DNA of 26,406 nt from Bacteroidales bacterium (lineage in GTDB: Bacteria; Bacteroidota; Bacteroidia; Bacteroidales; UBA7960): positions 1 to 26,406 of the forward strand of contig PWIY01000395.1 of the NCBI GenBank assembly GCA_003560215.1, written 5' to 3'. The stretch's first letter is position 1. Every line of letters starts with the position of its first letter. A model generated the notes under the pieces. That model ran no database searches and was not told the DNA's origin. It was given only the letters and a program-made list of their open reading frames with translations. The position numbers and the translations under genes were made by a program. Below, in pieces: positions 8,501 to 14,770 of the stretch.

Positions 8501-9625
8501 CATTGAAGTACCGCTATAGGTTGCATAAGCATCATCTGCAGCAGCCAACGAAGAGAACACATATCGTCCTTTGGCCACAAGGTCAGGCTTGATTCTTCCG
8601 TCATCGGTAGGACCCCAGGCACTGAAATGCGTCATTTCTCCATTGGGGTATACCGCTCCGACACTGATGATATTTTTTGCCAATGCGGCATGAGACAGTG
8701 AGGTATAGCCATCATCTCCTCCGTCAATTTCCCGGACTGCCTCGCTGGTCACCCAGTTGCCATCAATATTTACGTAATGTGTGGTTCCTGGCTCAGGCCC
8801 GCGCCCCCTTTCGTTTCCCGCTGATTTAACAATCAGGTAGTGGGGAGCATGGTAAGCAATCTCATCCCACTCCATGGCATGATCATCATAGAAACCAAAA
8901 AAATAATCCTCAGTTTCACTGACATTGGGGTCTCCATGCCAGTACCATTGATTCATACTGTTATTAAACTGCCAACCGGTGGCATACCCATAAGAGTGCT
9001 GGGAAACCTGGAGTCCTTCGGCTGCCGCTGCAGCCATCTGAGCATTGTCATCATTCCAGTCATAGGCATCCAGATGGGCTTTCCAGGACATACCGCGGGC
9101 TGCGGCATTCACACCCCCTGCCATCATTATACCCGCCACATGGGTTGCATGACTGCTGAATGCAGTAGCATTGTCGCGCTGAACCACGCGACTCCCTGCT
9201 TCAGTCATAAATTCCTGATGAGTATTCCGCACCTTGCCCCCGTCCCAGATACCAAGCGTTTGCCCTGCACCTGAGAGATTAAATCCCCCACCTCCTCCCG
9301 GGTAAAGCTTGTCTGCGTTTATACTGGACGCACCCTCAGCATTGTGGGTGACATAATACATCGGCCGCCCATCCCTGATTCGCATCAATTCCATCACCCT
9401 GCCATCTTCCAGCTCTTTTCGAACAATTAAACCAAGGGAATCGGCCACACGCATGGCATAAGCACGTTCGGCCTTAAAACGTTCACTGTGGGTTGCTGAG
9501 AGCTTAAGCAGGTTCTCCTGCTGCTGCTTTGTCTGGGCATACATGGGTTCAGTAAGGGCAGTAAGGGCAGCAAGGGCAACAAGGAGAAAAAAGGAACCCT
9601 TACTCAACAGTCGGGGAAGAAGCAT
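5474..9625 (-). CDS. N-terminal part: subtilisin-like S8 serine protease with beta-sandwich, FN3-like, MAM/cleaved-adhesin-like, GLUG-repeat, InlB B-repeat-like and PKD-like domains
   Basis: Signal peptide (..MYA|Q). Catalytic motifs GIWDGG (Asp), SHATHVAG (His), KSAGN (oxyanion Asn), GTSMSGP (Ser). FN3-like LKEATNYYYQIFAVD; GLUG-type FAGGDGSEENPWRI and VGGLAG/VGGLIG; PKD-like TIDWGDG. Confidence 0.92.
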   Translation of the reverse strand: MLLPRLLSKGSFFLLVALAALTALTEPMYAQTKQQQENLLKLSATHSERFKAERAYAMRVADSLGLIVRKELEDGRVMELMRIRDGRPMYYVTHNAEGASSINADKLYPGGGGGFNLSGAGQTLGIWDGGKVRNTHQEFMTEAGSRVVQRDNATAFSSHATHVAGIMMAGGVNAAARGMSWKAHLDAYDWNDDNAQMAAAAAEGLQVSQHSYGYATGWQFNNSMNQWYWHGDPNVSETEDYFFGFYDDHAMEWDEIAYHAPHYLIVKSAGNERGRGPEPGTTHYVNIDGNWVTSEAVREIDGGDDGYTSLSHAALAKNIISVGAVYPNGEMTHFSAWGPTDDGRIKPDLVAKGRYVFSSLAAADDAYATYSGTSMSGPMVSGSVGLLLEYQEKLFPGEVIKASTIKALLLHSANDHIGGAPGPDYRYGWGMLDVHAAANIMRNNHAHGSLHIHEKILEDGEEVSIQVKATGEEPLRATIVWTDKPGTPVDPPILNPEDLMLVNDLDMRIICEHDSVYKPYVLDPSQPEKAASTGDNYRDNVEMIHIESPGENEIFTLKINHKDALSDGKQHFSLIISGNMPLDGVPNPQTLLAEALGVDAVNLQWQPNSDQDEVMLAWSPDNDFGVPEPGANYGPGDSIPGGGIVLYSGSENGFIHSGLKEATNYYYQIFAVDESGRYSMGRRAHVMTACDRVAQFPFTEDFDESIQPPVCWDITDHEGNGQVWKFGGHDRGLEGTTGYYAYVNSDLFGPGNKQNTDLVTPLIDFSGHTHVTLSFSHFFRQYEDLSVASLYYSIDDGSTWELLEEWMETTPNPSFFRKKIPELAGESQVRFRWNFQGEWAYYWNVDDIGITAICETSPFAGGDGSEENPWRIEDATQLHNVRKYTGAKNSGQFFLQVADICLGQAPWDRSGGWQPIGNSEEAFHGHFDGGNHTINQLKISQAGKAGLGLFGVAFGAKLENVSIQEASVFGGAQSAVLVGVLGKNGLINDSHVEGKLSGEGSGHGGLVGVLKNNSTVLLSSSSVTLNHDGPQYAGGIAGLVEGSLINKSFAKGDVSGRHVVGGLAGQMTNQSSMNDSYAVGAVTGGNSVGGLIGRISSGKVSHCFAAGNVKASQESKGGLIAEREEAETDITGSYWNTITSGLDFSAGGTPKTSEKMMKASSFEGWDFTSTWAIDEGNSYPYLQWQGHPGPYSYPPFVLQARVIPEGAGFVEGAGLFQAESEVEVKAVPAPGYYFVHWKSDDGEILGEEQSYSLTMPTDNVSLFAHFDAYEPSDEMILVFDTELGSGKTVTLPLTGTVSVTIDWGDGSIEQVTTAGYINHTYDEEGVYEVRIGGRLEGFAETAWRGYDNAEKLIRAISFGDLGLTNLRGAFNGASNLRGSSSAS

Positions 9626-9640
9626 ACAATATATTTAAGA

Positions 9641-9789
9641 AAAACTTAACGAAATATCACCTTGTGGGTTACAACGATTTTCCTTATTTTGCAAGGGTAT
9701 TTTGGGTGTCATATCTTTTTGACAATCAAAAATAAGAATATTTTAACGGCCATGCCATCAGGCAGCTGTTAATTGTTCGTTAAACCATC
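9641..9789. promoter_or_regulatory. Divergent S8 / histidine-kinase promoter region: -7 element TATTTTTG on - (9727-9734) and TGTTAA-N5-CGTTAA box (9767-9783)
   Basis: 23-bp exact match to 4256-4278 and 20/22 match to 4208-4229, with the same 43-bp offset between the aatcaaaaataag block and the box. Confidence 0.65.
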
Positions 9790-9812
9790 TTTTTCATTAT
9801 TCTTTCAGTTTT

Positions 9813-11081
9813 GTGAGCAAGAAACAGTTCATATTGATCATTGTCTTTTCCGCAATTGTTTTGGGGGGGCTGGGTATTTCACAGATTCGCTGGATCTCCA
9901 ATGCGCTTGACCTGTCTGAAGAACAATTTGATCATCGTGTCACCCTTGCATTGAACGAAGTGGTTGATATCCTTGCCACCTCCACCGAATCATACAGGGG
10001 TTGTACCAATACGGACTGTGAGCATTACGATCCTGAAGTAAGCCACCTTGAACACGTCATCAATTACCAGTTTCTTGATATTACCATCCAGGGTGTTTTC
10101 AGCAATTACGACCTGCCGGAGAATTATCAGTACAGTCTGATCAACATCAGTGAAGATGAAGAGGTTCATCAGGGGATTTACAGCAACAAAACTTCTCTCA
10201 AACCCCATACAGATTGCGATTCCTGGGAAGCAGAAAATTATCAGCTTGGGGTATATTTTCCGCAAAAGCAACATCACCTGCTCCTCGAAATGTGGTTTTG
10301 GCTCGCCTTATCGGCATTGTTGCTTATCGCTGTAGCCTGGCTGCTATATTTCGTGATCTTCAGGTTCATGCAGCAAAAAAAGGTGGCGGATATCAAAAAT
10401 GATTTCATCAACAATATGACCCATGAATTCAAGACCCCATTGTCCACCATTTCACTTGCTTCAGAAGTACTGCTTAAGTCAGACCCAAAAGCAGCCCAGG
10501 AAAGGTTCCGGCATTACTCCCGGATTATTCAGGATGAAAACAACCGGATGAAAACCCAGGTCGAATACATTCTTAAGATGGCGTTGCTGCAAAAAAACGG
10601 GGTTAAACTAAAATTGTCCTATAAAAACATTCACAATCTTATCAATGACGCCATTGATACCTTATGCCTGGAACAGTTCGAAAAGAAAATTAACATTCAC
10701 TACCGCTACCAGGCCGGAGATCCCATGGTTTTTGTGGATGAAATGCACTTTTATAATATCGTGACCAATCTGATCAGCAATGCAGCCAAATACTCCAAAG
10801 ACAGTGTTGACATTACCATCAGCACGAAAAATGCGAACAACGGGGTAATCCTCTCTTTTGCTGACAATGGCATTGGCATTCGCAAAGCCGAAGTTCCGCA
10901 TATTTTTGATAAATTTTACCGGGTTCCCACGGGGAGCCTGCATAACGCCAAAGGATTCGGACTCGGTCTGTATTATGTCAAAGAAATGGTAAATGCACAC
11001 AACGGGAGCATTGAGGTGGAAAGCGAACCGCACAAAGGAACGACATTCAGCATCTATTTCCCGTCTTTTGAGAAGAATTAA
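9813..11081 (+). CDS. Membrane sensor histidine kinase (HisKA + HATPase_c), RprX-like
   Basis: Two TM helices flanking a periplasmic domain. H-box THEFKTP, N-box NLISNAAKYS, G1 DNGIGI, F-box IFDKFYR, G2 GFGLGL. GTG start. Confidence 0.95.
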   Translation: MSKKQFILIIVFSAIVLGGLGISQIRWISNALDLSEEQFDHRVTLALNEVVDILATSTESYRGCTNTDCEHYDPEVSHLEHVINYQFLDITIQGVFSNYDLPENYQYSLINISEDEEVHQGIYSNKTSLKPHTDCDSWEAENYQLGVYFPQKQHHLLLEMWFWLALSALLLIAVAWLLYFVIFRFMQQKKVADIKNDFINNMTHEFKTPLSTISLASEVLLKSDPKAAQERFRHYSRIIQDENNRMKTQVEYILKMALLQKNGVKLKLSYKNIHNLINDAIDTLCLEQFEKKINIHYRYQAGDPMVFVDEMHFYNIVTNLISNAAKYSKDSVDITISTKNANNGVILSFADNGIGIRKAEVPHIFDKFYRVPTGSLHNAKGFGLGLYYVKEMVNAHNGSIEVESEPHKGTTFSIYFPSFEKN

Positions 11082-11101
11082 TTTGTTATTCTTTGGTTTT
11101 C

Positions 11102-11800
11102 ATGAAAAAAGTTAAAGGAAGAATCCTGCTGGTAGAAGATGATCGCAACCTTGGTTATATTGTGAAGGACTTTCTGGAAATGTCCGGTTATGAAGTGGTA
11201 CACCATGAAGATGGCAACAGCGGGCTGGAGGCCTTCAAAAACGACAATTTTGATCTCTGCCTGCTGGACATCATGCTTCCCAATAAGGACGGGTTTAGGT
11301 TATCGGACGATATCCGCAAGCTGGACAGCCTTGTGCCTGTCATTTTTATCACTGCCAGGACCATGACAGAAGATAAACTCAAAGGATTTAAGCACGGTGC
11401 AGATGATTATATCACCAAACCTTTCAGCACAGAGGAACTTGTACTTCGGATTGAGGCCATCCTCAAGAGAATTGACATTGCGGGGATTGATAGTGATCAT
11501 AACGTGTTTCCACTCGGTAAATATGTCTTCGATTACTCACAGAAAAAACTAATTCTTGGAGAGCAGGAAACAACACTTACCAATAAACAGGCCGAATTGC
11601 TGCGCCTGCTTTATCTAAACAGAAACAAATTGCTGAAGCGCGAAACAGCCCTTAAAACCATCTGGGGAGAGGATGATTATTTTATGGGAAGAAGCATGGA
11701 TGTGCACATTGCCAAGTTGCGCAAACTGCTAAGGGAAGACCCCGGGATCAGTATTGTCAACATTCATGGAGCCGGATTCAGGTTAGAGGTCGATGTGTAA
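11102..11800 (+). CDS. OmpR/PhoB-family response regulator, RprY-like
   Basis: VEDD, phospho-acceptor LLDIMLP, FITAR, DDYITKPF, and winged helix RSMDVHIAKLRK...NIHGAGFRL. ATG at 11102 is preferred to the ORF-track TTG at 11093. Confidence 0.95.
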   Translation: MKKVKGRILLVEDDRNLGYIVKDFLEMSGYEVVHHEDGNSGLEAFKNDNFDLCLLDIMLPNKDGFRLSDDIRKLDSLVPVIFITARTMTEDKLKGFKHGADDYITKPFSTEELVLRIEAILKRIDIAGIDSDHNVFPLGKYVFDYSQKKLILGEQETTLTNKQAELLRLLYLNRNKLLKRETALKTIWGEDDYFMGRSMDVHIAKLRKLLREDPGISIVNIHGAGFRLEVDV

Positions 11801-11826
11801 AGCATCCTTTTGGATAAGTCCGGATA

Positions 11827-13428
11827 TCAGAAAAGGAACCCAAGGGAAAGACGCATGTTTAAATTATGCCCCTGATCCAAATCCTCAAGATCGGGAAATA
11901 TCATATAACTGCCTTCAATATTCATGAAGACAGTAGAAAAGCGGTCGATGGGAAAACGTTTGGTAGAAATGTCGAACCCAAGCTTTATCAAATAACAGTT
12001 TTCGCTGAAGTACCGGAAGTCCAGCTCCGGAATGGCATCAATGTAGTTGGGGAAAGGAATAAATACCGCATCGGAATCAATCACGAAGCGCCCGCCAATG
12101 GCAATATGCGGATCGATATTATACCCATTAAGCCTGAAAAAATGTTGATATTCAAGTTTTGAAGTCAGGCTCGTGGCGTTATAGAAACCATAATTTTGCA
12201 CCGGATAGTGGGTGGCCTCATAAAGGCGGGCATTCGCTGAAGCTTTGATTTGATATTGAAGCGGCCTGCTGCTTCCTTTCTTCATAAAATGATAATCTAC
12301 CCCGGCAGCATAGTCGTTCACAATATGCTTGCCTTCAATCCAGCGGATCGTCCGGATAATGGTATAAAATACCCCATCAACCGGTTGAGAATGGGTTTGT
12401 TGCCTGACTTCTGTGGCATTGGTAATCTCTGCAGAAGCATTTAAACCTATGTGGTGAATACTACCCTGTCTCTCCCATAGCAGGCTTCCCTGGTATGCCA
12501 GCCGGTCATAGTCTGTAATTCCGTTAATCAGACGGTATGAACTCCCCACAAGCGCTTCAGTATTCAGATGCCCATAATCAAATGAATGAAGCACGGCAAA
12601 ACCCCCTACCGAATGGCTGAGCTGCAGCCCGCCGCGGTATCCGCTACCCTCATACCTTACTGTTTCGGTTCCGGTAAAATTTCCACTGGCACTGTAATGC
12701 CCCATGCCCATGTGGTAAAACAAAGTGTGCCTTTCGTCCAGCTCCGCCCTGACGTTAACCATATTGGTTTCAACCGTATACCCACCACTCAAACCAATGG
12801 AAAAGTTATCATGGTTGTACACCAGCCCCGGCGTGAATTTGGCCCGGGCAATGGTGCTGCGGTTTCTTAAATCCTGCATCTTAGCACCTATGGCGGATTC
12901 ATAGTTCATACGGATCCCGGTAAATAAGCGTCCGTCCAGCATCGGATAGGCCATTTCAGCTAAAAAGAAATAGCCCTCCTGCCGCTGTTTGCCCCCTATG
13001 GTATCTCCCAGGGTATACAAATTGCGATTGTGGCGGAAATCCATCACCCCATTATACATCAAGTCTTTGTATTGCTGATTCTGATAACCGAAAATCCCGT
13101 TGACTTTCACATTTCCGACCTGCTGCTTGCTTTGGGTCTGGAAAAACAGTGATCGGGTTTCACCTGGATCCATGGCCCTCCTGAGAGGTTCATCCTCAAA
13201 AGCCAGGGCTGAAGTTGCCCGGGAAATCCTTTCTTCAGGCTCAAAAAACAATTGCCCGGCCGGGTTCTCCGTCAGACTCCATTGATTCATCAGCACCGGG
13301 TGCGAGTAAAGCATCATCTTTTTCTCCACAGACAAGGAATCTTCAAAAAAAGAAGCTATAAATGTGTTTGACCCGAACCCTTGCAGGGATAATAAAAACA
13401 AGGCAAAAAGAATGCAGGACCTAATCAT
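11827..13428 (-). CDS. Outer-membrane beta-barrel protein (DUF6850-like)
   Basis: Signal peptide, alternating amphipathic strands rich in Tyr/Gly, and a C-terminal aromatic (RLSLGFLF, BAM signal). It is the third gene after the TBDR and lipoprotein. The DUF name is from memory. Confidence 0.7.
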   Translation of the reverse strand: MIRSCILFALFLLSLQGFGSNTFIASFFEDSLSVEKKMMLYSHPVLMNQWSLTENPAGQLFFEPEERISRATSALAFEDEPLRRAMDPGETRSLFFQTQSKQQVGNVKVNGIFGYQNQQYKDLMYNGVMDFRHNRNLYTLGDTIGGKQRQEGYFFLAEMAYPMLDGRLFTGIRMNYESAIGAKMQDLRNRSTIARAKFTPGLVYNHDNFSIGLSGGYTVETNMVNVRAELDERHTLFYHMGMGHYSASGNFTGTETVRYEGSGYRGGLQLSHSVGGFAVLHSFDYGHLNTEALVGSSYRLINGITDYDRLAYQGSLLWERQGSIHHIGLNASAEITNATEVRQQTHSQPVDGVFYTIIRTIRWIEGKHIVNDYAAGVDYHFMKKGSSRPLQYQIKASANARLYEATHYPVQNYGFYNATSLTSKLEYQHFFRLNGYNIDPHIAIGGRFVIDSDAVFIPFPNYIDAIPELDFRYFSENCYLIKLGFDISTKRFPIDRFSTVFMNIEGSYMIFPDLEDLDQGHNLNMRLSLGFLF

Positions 13429-13473
13429 TTGTCTTAAAAATAACCTTGTGAATATTGGACGCTACATCAATTG

Positions 13474-13507
13474 AAGATGGACGGGTGCCCAAACCCGTCC
13501 ATCTTTT
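13474..13507. terminator. Strong intra-operon stem-loop (terminator or mRNA-stabilising hairpin)
   Basis: Perfect 13-bp stem aagatggacgggt (13474-13486) / acccgtccatctt (13493-13505) with a 6-nt loop. The T-run is better on + than on the coding (-) strand. Confidence 0.65.
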
Positions 13508-13535
13508 GTGATTTGATCAATCGAAACTGATGCGA

Positions 13536-14729
13536 TCAGTCAACCACATCGGGCACATGCCCCGGATTGGGGACCACGCCACCAATCCAATCTTCGGAGG
13601 AATTGTTGGTGTTCCTCAAAAATACACTGCCGTCAATGACCTTCTCCACCTTACGACGGACACTATGGCCTCTTCCCTCGGGATTCCAGACAAATCCGGC
13701 ATCCACCGAAACAGGCAACTGTTTATTGCGGCGGTCTTCTTCCGGACGTACAATATCCACGGCATCCACCACCCAGTCGGCATCCACCATCAACATATTA
13801 AAACCACTTCCGGTAGTTGGATTTTGCATAAAATTGTCGGGGTCCTCAACAAAAGCTTCCCAGTCAAGTCCCGTCGGCAAACGCCAGGTAATCAAGGCCC
13901 GGCCATTCACATCCATGGTCCAGTTATTCATGGCCGGAGAGGTGGTATAGATCTCAATCATGTTCGGCACGTTAATATTGTCCGGGGTACCCCGATCATG
14001 ATCGACAAAAGCCTCAAAATCAGCGTTGGAAAGGTCCACAGGTGAGTCCGGGTTGAGGGTGTCTGCCTGGTGATTCATCGCCACATTGGCCAAAACAATT
14101 GCCTCCCGGGGCTCCACCGGATAGTCCTCACCACTGCCGGGGAACATCCACGACTGGAAGATAATCGGAATCCTTTCCAGCATATTGCCTTCCCCGTCAA
14201 CCCACTGCGATGGGTTGATTGCATTCTGCGCGTGAATTCCAATACACAAACCATCAATGTAGATAACCTCATCGCTGTTGTTATAAATTTCCACAAAAAT
14301 GTCGTTGTTGTAATTGGTGCCTTCGGGGGTTGTGGAACCTGCAAAGAAAACTTCACTGATTACCAGTCCTCCTCCTTTTGCAACAGCCAAAAGCTGCACC
14401 TCAAAATGAGCGAGGTCAGTTTCCACCGACTGATTTTCAATGATCCCATTAAACGCAAAATCATCGGTCTCAAAGTTCGAAACAATGTTGTAGTTACCAC
14501 CTTCAACGGCAAAGCTTGCAATACCCTGGGCGTCTGTTTCTGCCTGGGAATCAATACCGGTAATCATATTGGACATGGTTACAGGAATCCCGGCACGGGT
14601 ATCGTAATCATATCCATCGGGGTAAATCACCTCTACCGTCACATCGTAGAGCGTAGCACCATCATCGTCGCATCCAAGGAAAGCGACAGCGCCAATTGCC
14701 ATTAAGCAAATCATTAATAATTTTTTCAT
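13536..14729 (-). CDS. Surface-exposed lipoprotein (DUF4876-like), probable TBDR partner
   Basis: Lipobox AFLG|C followed by acidic DDDG (Bacteroidetes lipoprotein export signal type), an N-terminal beta-sandwich, LVISEVFFAGS...VEIYNNSDEVIYIDGLCIG, and C-terminal NTNNSSEDW. Confidence 0.75.
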   Translation of the reverse strand: MKKLLMICLMAIGAVAFLGCDDDGATLYDVTVEVIYPDGYDYDTRAGIPVTMSNMITGIDSQAETDAQGIASFAVEGGNYNIVSNFETDDFAFNGIIENQSVETDLAHFEVQLLAVAKGGGLVISEVFFAGSTTPEGTNYNNDIFVEIYNNSDEVIYIDGLCIGIHAQNAINPSQWVDGEGNMLERIPIIFQSWMFPGSGEDYPVEPREAIVLANVAMNHQADTLNPDSPVDLSNADFEAFVDHDRGTPDNINVPNMIEIYTTSPAMNNWTMDVNGRALITWRLPTGLDWEAFVEDPDNFMQNPTTGSGFNMLMVDADWVVDAVDIVRPEEDRRNKQLPVSVDAGFVWNPEGRGHSVRRKVEKVIDGSVFLRNTNNSSEDWIGGVVPNPGHVPDVVD

Positions 14730-14770
14730 AATACTTCTTGTTTTGGTTAGTGAAAAATGGATGATAATGG

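Larger units (their letters stand above)
4321..9625 (-). pseudogene. Large modular T9SS-secreted S8 protease interrupted by a frameshift at about 5497 (about 1768 aa if repaired)
   Basis: The upstream frame reads ...AFNGASNL then RGSSSAS*. The +1 frame continues EVPPQLPEGVTHTSYMF into DUF285/BspA repeats and a T9SS CTD. The junction fits the usual DUF285 lead-in (NLxEVPxxLP). Confidence 0.8.

Noticed and set aside
11801-11826. Terminator between the convergent regulator and barrel genes
   Set aside because: Only a 4-bp stem (atcc-tttt-ggat), too weak to call.
13530-14705. Long + strand ORFs 13530..14045 (171 aa) and 14070..14705 (211 aa), and similar antisense ORFs throughout (e.g. 3227..3694, 8087..8500, 8840..9274, 10662..11033)
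   Set aside because: They lie fully antisense to well-supported genes, have no recognisable motifs, and show the His/Ile/Val-rich composition typical of shadow frames.
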